64,000 nt of DNA from Neoechinorhynchus agilis (Eukaryota; Animalia; Acanthocephala). The DNA is taken from contig CM121341.1 in the NCBI GenBank assembly GCA_051530055.1, forward strand, positions 18,454,784 to 18,518,783, read 5' to 3'. The notes beneath the pieces were generated by a model that ran no database searches, was not told where the DNA came from, and saw nothing but the letters and a program-made list of their open reading frames with translations. Shown here piece after piece: positions 25,900 through 39,606 of this stretch (position 1 is its first letter; each line of letters begins with the position of its first letter). A program made the position numbers and the translations under genes.

Positions 25900-26340
25900 C
25901 TCGCTAGGTAGTTTTCACGTTTTATTAATCCTGTCGATTGATACTAAAATGGAAGACCGCTCCTTTTGTCTCGCTTCTGCGCAGACTCAATTGCCCCAAA
26001 ACGATAGCCGGGCACCATCGAGGCAGTCGGTTTAAACAGAGATGACGGAAAAATGTCCGACGGCACATCCACAGTTCCGTGGAAAAGAGGCCGTCTTCTT
26101 GGGACTTCATCTGCCCGAATACGATTGCTAAGAGCAACTTGTCTCTTGCAGTTTCAAGATCCGAAGTGGTGAATAGGTCGGAAGACCGAAAAAGGAAGAA
26201 GTACAAATGGATTGATCGATCGCTCTACATTTCAGACACCTTTCGCCATTGAGCCAATTGGTGCCGTCGGACCAAGCACCGCAGAACGTTTAACCAAGGT
26301 TGGAAAATCGTAACAACAAACGACCATCGTGCGGCCAATT
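25900..26340 (+). mobile_element. Diverged CRE-like RLE fragment (same family as 56470-56930)
   Basis: EAVGLNRDDGK..DG..TVPWKRGRLL; about 450 bp shared with 56470-56930. Confidence 0.7.
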
Positions 26341-27182
26341 ATTTTTATCAGAGAATCAACTGTACGATTTAGAAAGGGATCCCATCGGTACTCTGAGCGT
26401 CCGAAATTGTAACTTTTTTAAAAGAATCTCAAAAAATCCTTAAGATACATTGATAAAAAAATCTAGGAAGAGTTGTTGTAACTGAATAGGCTATAGCGTA
26501 TACAAATGATCTTGCAGCAATCCCTATTTGATCCTTAAACTTTCTACTCCAGTGAGGGAGAACCGCCATAACTCAAAGTGCGAAGATAATGAAATACTGT
26601 TAAGACTTGCCGACATAAAAAAGATTAAAAGTTTGCTGAAAATAAAATAAGGAATTGGTACAAACTATTTTGAATTTCTCTTTTCTAAAATGCAAAAATT
26701 GTTTCTAATTCCATCAATTTATTAGCTCCGAAATTAAGAATTTTTTGTCCTGTGATGAAAAAACTCATCGCATTTATGCATTTGCAGTCTTACCAATGGA
26801 ACAAGTGCCTTTAGAACTATTGCAGGCAGAAAAGATTCGAGATGTTTCTATAAATGATGACGCAAATATGTTGACAGTTAGAAACCGCTACAATCAAGGA
26901 GAATTGAACTGTTCATTCATCGCAGAAATCAATGGCTTACTCCCTAGTAGCGCACATCGGTCATCATGCGCCTCATGCAGCACGAATTGTGCTGTGCTCC
27001 AAGCGGTCGCGCAAAGCGAATTCCGCTTGCCTGTTTAACCAAAATGTTCGCAAAAAGGACTAAAATGTTCAGAAAATTAAATGCAAATAAGTGTTACTGA
27101 TTCGAATTCGAGGTGCATGTATTCAGCTTCCTTTCGCATTCAGTGATGTCTTGACATAATCTTGACGTTCGAATAATTTGCA

Positions 27183-27585
27183 AAGATCTTTAGATTTTCA
27201 CATCGGAGAATTTCATCAATCTCCATTGATGTTTAGAGTGCATTTAAAATTTAGGATTTGTTTAACAAACAGCAGTGCGTTACAGTCTCTAAATTTCGTC
27301 ATTGCACACGAAATCAAATATCCTCTAATAATTTTGCTTTTAAATTTTTTGTGAAAAGGTTTTAAGATTTCACATCTGAGAGTTTCATCAATCACCATTG
27401 ATGTTTAAAATGCGTTTAGAATTTAGGATTTGTTTAACAAAAAGTCGTGCGTTTAGTATCTAAATTTCGTCATTTCAAATGAAATCAAAAATCATCTAAT
27501 AACCTTACTTATAGTAAAGACTTGAGCAAACAGTCTTATTATTTTAAATCTGAGAATTTCTTTAATTCTTATTGTTGTTTTTTAC
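27183..27585. repeat. Degenerate tandem repeat, about 175-bp period, 2.2 copies
   Basis: gatttcacatc..tttcatcaatc..cattgatgttta..atttaggatttgtttaacaaa..ctaaatttcgtcatt..gaaatcaaa recurs at about 27190 and 27365. Confidence 0.8.
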
Positions 27586-27599
27586 AATCATAGGTTTTA

Positions 27600-30500
27600 T
27601 TTTGAAGATATAAACATAATTATTCGCCGTCCTCAGCCGCAATTGTTGCCAGAATGCTTGCAGTGTTTCCTCTCAACACGGCGATGCTGATATTTTGAAT
27701 CAGGTATTGATCTGAGTTTGCATCACCGGTTATAACCTGAAGGCGTCGCTTCAGGTCTCTCAGGAGTTGAAGAGCCTCGCTACCGAGAAATCCGTAGGTC
27801 TCAGCTCCAAAATGCACAAACACATAGCCCGAGCTAAATCGAGGTATTTCGCCGTTTTCAGTCCTTCCGCAGCGCTCGCTGCACCTCCAGCTTGAACCAC
27901 CGAGAACTTTAGATTGGTGTCTGCGAGTGTATCGACACAAGCGGCGTCCCAGAGGAGACATTTACCCTCCGGAAATGCGGTAACCCCCATCAGGTCTACG
28001 CCCGTCGTCCCTACAGAGGTTTACAGGTTCCAAAATATTGTGGATATTTACCGCGTAACAAGTGCCCGGCTCAGCACCATGTTAATTTCGGCATATCTTG
28101 CGAATCTGTCGGCTGATTTTCAACAGATGAGACCATGACGACCCTACGAATCACCCCTTTGCACCCCAGCGGCAACGCTGCGGCAACGGTGGGGATGACA
28201 CATCGGTAGTCCTAGTCTCATTGAAACTCCGACCGTACCGCTTCGTCGGAGAGGAGAGTACCCACAGATGCCAGCGGGACCGCGTTCAACCAAGCACCTG
28301 ATTCTCTAGTGGAGACTGCCAACAACCTGGCACGAACAACGTCGTCGCTTGAGTCTGATAAGAGTGCTTTGAACTCTTGCGACGAGAGGTCGATCCCACA
28401 CAGATTGTTTTTGGTCATTCATAGGTACTTGATCGGAGTTGGTCAGTGTACACCACTCACTGATTTCCTCTTCAAAATGCCTATCAAGACGATACGCATC
28501 TTTCAAAATGCGCTGGGAGCCTAAAAATGCGGACATGGATATGTCTGCTGTTCTCCGGATGCCCAACCCGCCAGAAGATACAGGCAAGGTGCTTGTCGCC
28601 ATGCCTCTTCTGACAGCTGGACATTTAAAACTTGTTCGAGACAGTCCTTTAATCTCTCATCTGGCTTGCCAAGCTGAAACTTGTGATTGAAAAACGGCGC
28701 AGTGCGTAGAGCATAAAGGAACTTGGGGATGAAGAGCGTGTTCTTTATCAAGAACAGAGCCTCGTGTGATCCAAGCTCACAGACCATATAGCAAGGCACC
28801 GATAATTTCCTTAGAAGGCTGTTAATTTCGTGTTCTATATTCCCATCGAAGACACAACTACCCAAAAGCTTAAGCAGGTCTAGGTCGATCATATCTATCC
28901 AGGGTGCAACATTTTCAAAGTCGCGCTTGATTACGTCTTTTGCAGGGCCCCTCTCTATGTTACGGAATAGAATTTCGAACTTTTCTGTGTTCAATTCAAT
29001 GCCCAACTTGCTTCCCCCCATCTTGATTTTCTACAGGTCACGAAGAACTACCTGGGGATCGCCCCTAGCGTAGCATCGTCCAGGTACCAGCATTGAATTC
29101 CGCATCAAGAGAATGCGCTAATTCGCTCACTGTGAGCGCAAAAACCAATTGGACATAATGGGTTTCTCTGTTGATCGCCTCTTTCGGAAGGAATGATGTG
29201 ATCGTTGAATACAAGAGGGGCCCCAGCTCCGTACGAATTTATAAAATACCCGTAAGCCTCCGGTGCGTGATCTCTGACAGCTTTTAAAAGCGAGCCGCGA
29301 TTAACGGAATTGAAGGCGTTCCGGAAATCTAATTTCAGGATCACACACGTTTTGACGTTCTCATTGGCTTCCGCCCCGCAAGGTGTGCAGCAACCTAGTT
29401 GAACTGGACGAAGAATTTCAGCAACACCTTCTGAGGCTCGCCTAGAAATCACTTTCTCTGCTAGTCGTCTCAATGTACAGTCAATCGCGATGGGACGAAT
29501 ACCACCGTCCTTTTCTAAAGCGCAGAGGGAAGCGCCAAAAAACCATTCGATCGCTTTGGGTGGACAGGTTGTCCCCAGAGAAAACGCCGACTAACCGAGT
29601 CAAGGCGTTCAGGAGAACATGAGATGGATCACCTACAGAGAAGGACATCATGTCCTTTAGGTGTTGAGGCGGAAGCCCGTCGAGCTCCTGTGCTGACCTA
29701 TTTGCGAACGAAGAAACGGCTGTCTTAACAGCATCAACCGAAAATTCTAACGGGGTGCACGAGGGATCATCTTTAAATATTCTAGATGACCGGAGGGTCG
29801 AGGATGTTTCTCTCTGAGAAGTTTGAGTTTTCGTATCATCTCTTGCGAATTCGTTGGTGGATGATAGAGTGCGAACCGCACCTCTCACATCACCATCGGC
29901 GAGTTTAGAAGACACTCTGGGTTCGGCTCGTATTCGGTGGCTTTGAAAAATCTCCTCTAAAAACGCGAGTTTTGCGTGTGACCTCTCCAAACGAATTGTC
30001 GGAGGACACCCGGTTTTTGATGAGGGTAACAAGGGACTCGTCAGATTGTACTCCAGCACAAAGTAGCAGTCTCGGGAATGCGAAAGGCGTGTCCAAAATT
30101 TTCCCCCTTTCGCAATTTTGATCTGCTTGTCACAGACCGGGCAATTATGTGTTAAGGCCTTCGGATCTCGGGCAGCATTCACCTCATCCCTCCAGAGTAC
30201 TTGAAATTTCCGTTTGCCGCTTGCTATCTGTTGGTTGTTCGGACCAAAGTTGATTTTACGAATTTGCAGCGCCGGTCCTCTCGTGATGGCGATTCGTGGT
30301 TTGCTGAGATGGTTAAGTCCCGAGTGGATCGAGGGGACGGCGGTGGAATTGTTGACATGCCTATTGCTTGTAAGTTTTTGCTTGCGTAATATTCACGAAC
30401 CTGATTTCTCTTTTTTGGTCAGCGATAGATTTACTATTTAGCGCTTGTTTGTTAGTAATTGTTTCGCAAGTTTTTCACTTCAACGTCGATCTTAAAATTT

Positions 30501-30640
30501 GTTCGAAACGCCGAAGAAGCGAAACGACAGATAAAGATTTGAAGCGGTTAGAGTCTTCTCCTGAGTCTGCAGCGGACGATGGTTTTCGGAGGAAAATTCG
30601 AGTAAGCTTTTTAGAATTCGTTTAAAATTTAGGAAATTTT
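27600..30640 (-). mobile_element. Long degenerate CRE-clade element
   Basis: Zinc finger CPVCDK, LADGDVRGAVRTLS, PVQLGCCTPCGAE, LDFRNAFN, HEALFLIKN, ESGAWLN, LLWDAACVDT, IAVLRGN; many frameshifts; 5' limit uncertain. Confidence 0.88.
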
Positions 30641-31639
30641 TAGCCATAAATCATGGTTCCTTTTTGTTTATTCAAAGCACTGCAGATTTTAAGTGCGCAT
30701 GGATGAAATAACCGAAATCGTACAATCTTTTTGGTCCTCATCTTCAGCGCTTAAATACAAAAATCATGATTCGCAGAATTTTTGAGTGTAATTTCGATTG
30801 ATTCCAAATTTTCTATTATTTTTCTAGGTTTCACAATAATAAAGCACAAAACGTGCAATCGACCACCCATTTAAATTATCTTTCAATTAAATTGTAATTT
30901 GGTGGAGTTTATAGATTATGTATTGAGATACCTTCGCATTTTAAGTGCTACATCGATTGCTTAAAAGGAAACGACTGAACGTTAATGAAGTGTATCATTA
31001 GGTTACTTGAAAGCTGAATAATTTTAAAGGTCAGAAAAGTGAAAATTCCAACGACTATTAATTTTAAGTCCCCGAAAAGAATCATTTTTAAATGTAAGAT
31101 AAAGATGTTTAATGATTTGTGTAAATGGTGCTTGTTAAACTTATGTGTTTAGTTCAAGAAATGGGAAGTTACAGCCATCAGTAAGAGTGATTTTGTCTCA
31201 GGATTTTATATGATCATTTCGCAAAGCTAGACGTTCGATTTCGGCTTGCCAAAGTCATCAAGAACATCCTTCCGGATGATAAACATTGAATGGTGGGTAA
31301 CATAATCCCGGTTACAGATTCCTTTATTATTATGAAATATTTCGCGAATGTAAAAACTTACAAGCGATGACTGATGAGGCGATGTTTCCTCTTTCGAAAT
31401 ATTTCCTAATAATAAAGGAATCTGTAACCTGGACTAAGTTAACCACCATTAAAAATTTATGCTTTATGCATTTGAACTCCGCAAAGCCATAAGCAGGAAA
31501 ACTGATTGAAACTTTGCATGATTAAACGTTTGCATTTTAGAATCACATAAACTAACCAGGAACGAATTGCTAAATAAAGTGGTCAACTTTCAATAGCAAT
31601 CGATTGACAATAAACGTAGATACTAGACGTTGAAGCTGT

Positions 31640-32725
31640 TTTAAAATTTATCATCGATAGAAAATCCTTCGGGTTAATCAAAGTACACTTTTGGTGAAAA
31701 TAATCCCGATAATAACGTATTTGATTTATTTGAAATATTTCGCGAGGTTACCTCACCTTCTCAGTCATCTAAAAATGGGTTTACACATTAGATCTATAGA
31801 ATGCACTGTGAAGAGCAAGATAAAGTTTAGATCGGACAGAAGATGCAGGGCATTAAGAAAAGGGTCTCTCAACATAAGCAAGCCTGTAGTCGATTTGAGC
31901 ATTCTTCGGCTATCTCCAATCATCAAGTTACATGTAAACATCGAGCGGATTTTGGTGGCACCAACTTTATACAAATAGAACAAAACGTAAAAGGACGTCT
32001 TGTTTTGGAGGCCTTACACATCGCTGTGTCCAACACAATGGACTAAAATAAAGCTAATTTTAGCTTGAAACTTCCAGCCAGTCACGTGTTAAAAATCAGT
32101 GCTAAAATCATGGAAATCCCCGAACTTCGGGTTTGCGATCCCGCGCATTCCAGCATAAACCCTTAATGTGTAAAACCCATTTTTAGATGACTGAGGAGGC
32201 GAGGTTACGCCGCGAAATATTTCCAATAAATCAAATATTTTTGAAGACTGGCCAGCCAGTAACCTATGAACTTTAACTTTTTTTACTATGCAAAGTTTAA
32301 TTTAACAATAAGTTTTACAATAATAAAGCACAAAATGTGCAATCACCATCGCCCACAAAATCTTAGCTTCTCTCCTTCCTCGGCTGTCGCTATCACGCTA
32401 GCAGTATAAACGGACGCCCTTGATCCCAGTTAAGGGTCAACTGGTTCGAATCCGCTATGGTCAGTGATGCACAAGCAAAGGGGACGAAATAGCACTGAAG
32501 GGAGGAAACTCACTGATGAGATTCACCTCTTGAGGTATCTGAGGATCCGGAGGGATGTACAAACTCATACCGGATGGTTCAGTTTATCGAGTGATTTAAT
32601 TACTTCTCGGAACCAGATCGGTGGGCTGTGTGGCCGAAAAATTATCAGCCGCGATAAAAGGCCACACATTGATACTTAATAAATCAAATATGTTATGACC
32701 GGGATTATTTTCACCAAAAGTATAT
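31640..32725 (+). mobile_element. Penelope-like 3' fragment (GIY-YIG C-terminus) with inverted pLTR; interrupted by a 439-bp insertion
   Basis: KRVSQHK..SAISNH..LVLEALHI (31843-32046); arms 31690-31790 (minus) and 32165-32238 + 32678-32725 (plus), each with a hammerhead motif (31731-31767 minus; 32188-32227 plus). Confidence 0.8.
32239..32677 (+). mobile_element. SINE-like repeat with 5' extension, flanked by 14-bp TSD
   Basis: TSD aataaatcaaatat at 32225-32238 and 32678-32691; B-box GGTTCGAATCC near 32445; body matches 20140-20353. Confidence 0.7.
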
Positions 32726-32805
32726 TTAAGATTTACATAAGAAAGGTTTAAGATTGGTCAGAGTGTAAATATTAGGATTTTATACACTTTTGTACAGATT
32801 TTTCA

Positions 32806-32887
32806 GCTGCGATGGCCGAGTGGTTAAGGCGTCAGACTAGAAATCTGATGGGATTCTCCCGCACAGGTTCAAATCCTGTTCGCAGCG
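32806..32887 (+). tRNA. tRNA-Ser(AGA)
   Basis: Acceptor GCTGCGA/TCGCAGC, anticodon arm TCAGA-CT-AGA-AA-TCTGA, long variable arm, GTTCAAATC T-loop, oligo-T terminator downstream. Confidence 0.95.
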
Positions 32888-33384
32888 ACGGACTTTTTAA
32901 TAAAACAATTCAAAATATCGAAAGATACGCGAACGTGACATCGAATAGACATCGGGATTACAACTCCAGGGTTCTCGTTCGAAAGTTTTTCCTTCAACTT
33001 CCTCGTAGGCCAAAACACCGACCGGCGACGAGCTGGAGCGTGATTGATGGTAAGAATCATTTGATTAAAAAATTAGTCTACATTTTTCGGGTGTCTCCGG
33101 AAAAATTGAGTTTTCATTACATTGTGCATTCGAGTCCTTGAAAAACTCAATTGATTGTGCTCTCGTCAAACAACGGAACTGCACCAATTGGAGAACCAGA
33201 ACGAAACTTGCGAATGATTTTGTAGTAGTGTGAAAAACTGAAAGTAAGCGGGAATGTATTTTTTATGGCGTATAACAAACGTTTCTCTACTTTTCTAAAG
33301 AGGTCTGTGTAAATATTAAATGGGTACATCAGACAAACTATGAATTTTATTTTTAGTTCAAAATATAGTCTGAAATGACCATCA

Positions 33385-33510
33385 TTACACGGCTGATAAT
33401 TTTCCTCTGGGCCATACGGTAAAGAGTTTGTACATTCCTCCGGATTTCTAGATACCTCCCGGGGTCCTCTCTTCATCATTATTTCGTTTCCTTTGGTTTG
33501 TGAGCCCTAC
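33385..33510 (-). repeat. Internally deleted copy of the SINE-like repeat
   Basis: gaggtatcta..atccggaggaatgtacaaactc..aaaattatcagccgtg on minus strand. Confidence 0.7.
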
Positions 33511-35207
33511 CGGCAAAGCATTCGAAATTCCGACCAAATGGTACGTTTTGCGAGAAAATTGATGCTGATTGTCGGCATATTGAGACAAACTCCTTTTCCT
33601 GGCATTATCCTAAACAAAGAAACATTAGTCCTTGAAAACTAGAAAATCATAATTTTTGCTGTGAAAATATTTAAAGTCAATTAAACATAAGTATAATCAA
33701 GTTATTTTGTCAATATTTGTGCCTACGACGTTACCGATATGTTACTTTTAAACCCACCGATCTTTCTTATTATTCTATCTAATTTTTCCTTAATTCGTTC
33801 TCTCGCTTAGAAATTACTCATTTGTACACACCTTGAATAATACGAAGCATTCGAATACTCATGGAGACTGGGTGCGCGAAGATTCTTGAATGCAGATACC
33901 GAAATTGATTTAGCTTTGTATTTAACTGTATTCCTTGTGCACGGATCACATGTGACTTTTGAGAAGAAATGCCGAGCGGCAAACTTACAATACTTGAATA
34001 TTTGATCTTCGGTTTGATTTAATTAGATTTTAGATATTTTTCAAATACATTCACAAGCACACTTTATTAATGGATGAATAAAATCGAATTGATTAATAGC
34101 GGCGATATTCAAGTTCATCGTTTACTCAAACATCGAACAATGTTGTGACTTTTTCTTATCACTCACACAACAAAAATATTGGTTCTCTATACCCATGGGT
34201 AATGTATTAGTGGCACCCCCTCGAGTTACCGCTCAATATCAAAGAAAAGCTTTTCTTGTGTATATTGCGCAGAATATTTCTCACCCCTCCGCAAATATCA
34301 CATCTCGTTCTCGTGCCGTATTCCGAATCGCTTCTGTTGAGTTTTCCCTCCGAGAAATTAAGGCGCTGTTATGTTGGAAAATACTCTTAAGAATTTAATG
34401 CAATTTTTACATGAGCAATGTCAATTTTTGCTTTTTAAATTGACATTTGGGCGGGCCGCGTGGAGATGTGAAGTATGTTAAGGTAGCAACATCGAAGCGG
34501 AAAGCTCCTCCAGCTTGTTGAGCGGTTCTTGGGCTTTGTCTAGCTGATGTCCAGAACTCTCCCTCTCATTGTCTGCGGAAATGCCATCCTTTCCCTTTCC
34601 AACCGCTCGGTATTTTAAGTAGTGCATCGACGATAGTTCCACCGAGTCTTTAGCCACAAATCTAACTCGCGTGGAGAGTTTCTCCGTCGCTGTGGCACAC
34701 CGAGTGGTCCAAATTCAGCGCGTTGCGAATGTGTTCGCCAAACGTTGACCAAAGACCGTTCAGTTTTCCTCGTGTAGATGACCCCGAAATTGTCATCGGT
34801 CAAAGCTGGACGAACTTTCCGGTTTGATGTCGACGCACCTTTTGGTAGGTTCCTGAAGAAGCCGTAAGACGGCAAAAGCTCGGTCCAAGTGTCAATATAA
34901 AAATTTAATCGGTCATGTTTCTGAATGGGGAAATATTAAAAAATTTGTAGTCTCAAAATTTATTATCCTTTCTTAACTTATAAACTCTCCATTCATTATG
35001 TCAATGATTTCCTTATCTGTGTTAAAATAATGTACCCAGATTTATGAATTTTCGATAGACTAACTCCAAGTATTTACGTATTCGAATAAGGATTTATAGT
35101 GCATTAAATGTTTCCGTTTGTATTTTAATTGACGACTAAATAAATGAGTTATCAGCAATCGCATTCATTTTTTAATTACGCGATTCATAACTCTCTTTTA
35201 TTAAAAT

Positions 35208-35519
35208 TTACAAGTTTTGGAAGATAATGCTCTGTGGAGCCGCGGTTTTCCTCGCGCTGGCAACATTCCCTCGTTGTACTACGAGGGAGATGTTTTGTTT
35301 AAGAAATGCTGTCGCGCGCGGGTCATTTTTCATCGCAACCGACCTCTTTGCTATATTGGATACAAGCTGAAATGCGGATTCTCCGAGGGCCCGAACGTTG
35401 GAATTGTCGATGAATGTGTTTAAAATGAGCGCCATAAACAATTTAAAGATTTCTGACACGTCATCATGGTTGTTTATGATTCTTCCCGACCATTTTGTAA
35501 TAAATGACCATTTTTCCAT
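35208..35519 (-). mobile_element. CRE-clade extreme 3' fragment
   Basis: ALGESA..FLKQNISLVVQRGNVAS. Confidence 0.75.
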
Positions 35520-35615
35520 TGGTTCCTAACTGATTAGAATGTTTTACGCCACATTACGCGACTCTGAGACTCACCAGTGTAAGATGGCGTTTCCGTGAAA
35601 TTTATGAGTGTTAAT

Positions 35616-35748
35616 CTTCCCTTCTTCCGCGCTTTCATCCACAACGCCGTCGACACGTCTTTTTCTTTTAGCTTCGTCAAAGCGCCTTTCTTCGCATGCA
35701 CACAAACGCCTTAGGTTTGAACCCTTACGATTTTCGGTTTTTCTTAGA
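35616..35748 (+). promoter_or_regulatory. Pyrimidine tract (possible 5'TOP) and acceptor-like sites upstream of eEF2
   Basis: cttcccttcttcc at about 35616; tttttcttttag (about 35670) and tttttcttag (about 35748) before the ATG. Inference only. Confidence 0.3.
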
Positions 35749-35765
35749 CAAATACAAGCCCGAAA

Positions 35766-38306
35766 ATGGTCAACTTCACAGTCGAAGAAATTCGAGGTTT
35801 AATGGACCACCGCCGTCACATTCGAAACATTAGTGTGATAGCTCATGTTGACCACGGGAAGTCCACATTAACTGATTCATTGGTTTCTAAGGGAGGGATT
35901 ATTGCTCAGGCTAAGGCTGGAGAGGTTCGCTTTACGGATACGAGGAAGGATGAACAAGAGCGATGTATTACAATCAAATCAACGGCTATTAGTCTTTATT
36001 ATGAAATAAAGGATTCAGATTTGGCGCTAATGAAGCAGGAAAAGGACGAAGGCATCAATCACGTATTGATTAATCTAATTGATAGTCCTGGGCACGTTGA
36101 TTTTTCGAGTGAAGTCACTGCCGCTCTTCGGGTTACCGATGGAGCTTTGGTTGTGGTCGATTGTGTTAGTGGCGTGTGCGTCCAGACGGAGACTGTGTTA
36201 AGACAGGCGATCGCCGAGAGGATAAAACCCATTTTATTTTTGAACAAAATGGATCGTGCTCTTCTTGAGCTTCAACTCGAGCAGGAGGAGCTGTACCAGA
36301 CGTTTCAGAGGATCGTGGAAAGTGTCAATGTTATCATCGCCACTTATGGAGATGACGGCGGTCCTATGGGTGAAGTTCAAGTTCATCCGGAACGTGGAAC
36401 TGTGGGATTCGGTGCTGGACTTCACGGGTGGGCATTTACCCTAAAGGAATTCGCTGAGATGTACGCGAGTAAGTTTGGAATCGAGATTACCAAACTGATG
36501 AAGCGTCTTTGGGGAGACAACTTTTTTAATGTCAAAACGAAAAAGTGGACTAAGAATCAATCGTCGAAAGATGACGTCCGTGGCTTCAACCAATTTATCC
36601 TTGATCCAATATTTAAGGTCCTTAAGGCAATCATGGACTGTAAGAAGGACGAATACATGAAACTGCTCGATAGGCTCAACGTCAAAGTGCCAGTTGAAGA
36701 ACGCGAAAAGCTGGATATAGGAGGCAAACCTCTTCTTAAGGCTGTGATGAGGTATTGGTTGCCCGCCGGAGATACTCTTCTAACGATGATTGCCTTGCAT
36801 TTACCTTCTCCCGTTGTTGCCCAGAAATACAGAGCAGAAATGTTGTACGAAGGACCTCACGATGACGATGCTTTTAAAGGTATCCGCGATTGTGATGTGA
36901 ACGGGCCTCTGATGATGTACATTTCTAAAATGGTACCGACATCAGAAAAAGGTCGTTTCTACGCCCTCGGACGTGTATTCTCAGGAGTTGTATCGACGGG
37001 ACAAAAGGCCAGGATAATGGGGCCAAACTACGTTCTTGGCAAAAAGGATGATTTATCGATCAAGGCTATACAAAGAACGATTATTATGATGGGTCGATAC
37101 GTTGAGACAATCCCCGAAGTGCCATGTGGAAATATCTGCGGTCTAGTTGGCGTCGATCAGTTCTTGGTAAAGACTGGTACAATCACGACCTACGAACATG
37201 CCCACAACATGAAAGTGATGAAATTCAGCGTAAGTCCCGTTGTAAGAGTTGCAGTTCAACCTAAGAATGCAGCGGATCTTCCAAAACTCGTCGAAGGACT
37301 GAAACGACTGTCAAAGAGTGACCCGATGGTACAATGTACAGCATGTGAGAGTGGAGAGCACATCATTGCCGGTGCTGGTGAACTCCACCTTGAGATTTGC
37401 TTAAAAGATCTCGAAGAAGATCACGCTGGAATTCCACTCAAGGTGTCGGATCCCGTCGTTACGTACCGTGAAACCGTTGGTGGTCAGTCAAGTGAAGTTT
37501 GCCTTTCCAAATCGCCCAACAAACACAATCGATTGTTCATGCGGGCGTGTGCAATGCCAGAAGGACTTCCGGACGATATTGAGAATGGCGAAGTAAATGA
37601 CAGACAAGAATTCAAGGCAAGGGCTCGCTATTTATCCGAAAAATACGATTACGACGTGGGTGAAGCCAGAAAGATATGGTGTTTCGGACCCGATGGAACC
37701 GGTCCGAATGTCATCATGGACTGTACTAAAGGAGTTCAATATCTTAATGAGATAAAGGACTCCGTTGTTGCTGGATTCCAATGGGCAACAAAAGAAGGTC
37801 CTCTATGTGAAGAAAATGTCAGGGGAGTCCGGTTCGACTTACTCGATGTTACTCTCCATGCCGATGCAATTCATCGTGGCGGCGGTCAGATCATCCCAAC
37901 TGCGCGACGTGTCTTGTATGCATCGATGCTGACAGCACGTCCAGGTCTCTTTGAACCTGTATATTTGGTCGAGATTCAAGTTCCCGAAGGATCCTTAGGT
38001 GGGGTTTATTCAGTTCTTAGCAGAAGACGCGGACAAGTCTTCGAAGAAAGTGCAGTGATGGGTACACCAATGTTCGTGGTGAAAGCCTATTTGCCGGTCG
38101 CAGAATCATTCAGTTTTTCGTCGGATTTGCGATCGAACACTGGAGGTCAGGCGTTTCCACAATGTGTATTTGACCATTGGCAGATGGTTACCGGCGATCC
38201 ATATGATGAGAAATCCAAGATCCGGACGATTGTTGATGAAATCCGAAAACGAAAAGGATTAAAACAATCCCTCCCCGATGTCAATGATTATTTCGATCGT
38301 CTTTAA
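35766..38306 (+). CDS. EEF2: Eukaryotic translation elongation factor 2, intact and intronless (846 aa)
   Basis: MVNFT start, [10 protein letters not shown]-loop, RFTDTR, DSPGH, NKMD, diphthamide loop [16 protein letters not shown]-terminal IRKRKGL. Confidence 0.99.
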   Translation: MVNFTVEEIRGLMDHRRHIRNISVIAHVDHGKSTLTDSLVSKGGIIAQAKAGEVRFTDTRKDEQERCITIKSTAISLYYEIKDSDLALMKQEKDEGINHVLINLIDSPGHVDFSSEVTAALRVTDGALVVVDCVSGVCVQTETVLRQAIAERIKPILFLNKMDRALLELQLEQEELYQTFQRIVESVNVIIATYGDDGGPMGEVQVHPERGTVGFGAGLHGWAFTLKEFAEMYASKFGIEITKLMKRLWGDNFFNVKTKKWTKNQSSKDDVRGFNQFILDPIFKVLKAIMDCKKDEYMKLLDRLNVKVPVEEREKLDIGGKPLLKAVMRYWLPAGDTLLTMIALHLPSPVVAQKYRAEMLYEGPHDDDAFKGIRDCDVNGPLMMYISKMVPTSEKGRFYALGRVFSGVVSTGQKARIMGPNYVLGKKDDLSIKAIQRTIIMMGRYVETIPEVPCGNICGLVGVDQFLVKTGTITTYEHAHNMKVMKFSVSPVVRVAVQPKNAADLPKLVEGLKRLSKSDPMVQCTACESGEHIIAGAGELHLEICLKDLEEDHAGIPLKVSDPVVTYRETVGGQSSEVCLSKSPNKHNRLFMRACAMPEGLPDDIENGEVNDRQEFKARARYLSEKYDYDVGEARKIWCFGPDGTGPNVIMDCTKGVQYLNEIKDSVVAGFQWATKEGPLCEENVRGVRFDLLDVTLHADAIHRGGGQIIPTARRVLYASMLTARPGLFEPVYLVEIQVPEGSLGGVYSVLSRRRGQVFEESAVMGTPMFVVKAYLPVAESFSFSSDLRSNTGGQAFPQCVFDHWQMVTGDPYDEKSKIRTIVDEIRKRKGLKQSLPDVNDYFDRL

Positions 38307-38559
38307 GAACACCGCAGGAAAGAGAGATTTGTTAGACATAAAAATATAAGATCGTATTCTCTGGTGAATTCTGCACTGGCCTTCTTGACAGGGCAAGTTA
38401 TGCGCGAAAACTGGAGCATTTTTCCTCACTAGCAAAGTAAAGGGATTTTATTTGCTTCGCAAACAATTTGCGTTGTTCGACACTAATATATATTGTTTGT
38501 TATCAAAAGTCTCAGAGTTTTTGTTACAGGGCAGAGGAACCATGTAACCCTGGATCCTC

Positions 38560-39030
38560 GTGAACACTTACAAAAGACGGGATATTCGTAGGCAGGAGAG
38601 GGAAAAATAAAGCTGTAATAAAATTTGGAGAGATCAGGCGAAAGGATTCCTAAATGGCGGAGGCGTTTGAGGTGGTAAATTTTAAAGGTATTGCGTTAGA
38701 GAGAGTGATGTGCGAGTCCCATTTCAAGTTTGATTGAAATTGGATACCCAGAATTCTGAAAGAGGTGACTCGTCGGATGTCATTTGGAACATCCGTGTAG
38801 GATATGGGGTTGCGGGAGATTGAGGGGATCATCTCGAAGCATTTAGAGAAATTTAGATAGAGTTTGTGATTGGTGCAGAAATCATTTATGTGCGCGATTT
38901 CGTTAGACGTTAACGAGAGGGTCGAATGGTGATTGACTGATGAGATCGTCGGCTATGTGATAAGGTTATTCAAATACATCTTCCTTAAATAGAACCTCAT
39001 CTATTTGAGAGAATAGGAAGGCCGCTATAT
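38560..39030 (-). mobile_element. CR1/L2-like RT 3' fragment
   Basis: IAHINDFCTNHKLYLNFSKCFEM..FRILGIQFQSNLKWDSHI; homologous to 51984-52400 and 61995-62320. Confidence 0.8.
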
Positions 39031-39606
39031 TTTGGTTGGCAAAGTAAGACTTTTCCCCCCGTCTAATTCACATACAATTTTAAGGCAGTCTTAAAAAATC
39101 TGATTTTCTTGTAGTTTTTATTATGGAAATTCTGCCATCACAATCGGGCTATTTACGTTTACTGAATATTTGATGAACATATTTTTGGAGTCCCTCGTTT
39201 CACAGGCCATTTCTTTAAAGCGATCAGGACGAACTTTTTAATATCTACGTCGTGACACAGAAGAACTGCTTCGACTGTTGTATACGCCTCCGCATCCGTA
39301 AGTGAAGAAATTTCGATTGATTTCTGTGTGGTTTCTGCTCACTTCGTCTCATTTCTGGATATAATTAACGGGAAGAATGGGTATCGGTTTATTGTCCTCA
39401 ATATTTCGTTCGCCTCACTTCAAGTGCGAATAAAACACGTAAACATCAAATAAGGCCGATTATAGTCTAAAACTCCGGATAATGCCAAAATGAGGAAGTC
39501 TGAAGAGACGGACGAAATATTTAGATCAATATCTATTCCTCTCATCACTAAAAAGAACACATATACAAATGAACAACTTCTTTACAGATATATTAAAGTT
39601 TGTTCA

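Noticed and set aside
26500-27040. Possible two-exon host gene
   Set aside because: The obvious GT-AG intron does not join the two open frames in phase.
34430-34880. GC-richer island with an 86-aa minus ORF
   Set aside because: No motif or family recognisable in any frame; cannot be supported without a search.
35915-35945. eEF2 GEVRFT instead of GETRFT as loss of the eEF2K phosphosite
   Set aside because: Counting against human eEF2, the changed residue is Thr53; the regulatory Thr56 (RFT) and Thr58 are retained.
39490-39606. N-terminal extension of the peroxiredoxin
   Set aside because: AT-rich and not transit-peptide-like; the ATG at 39607 gives a typical leader and length.
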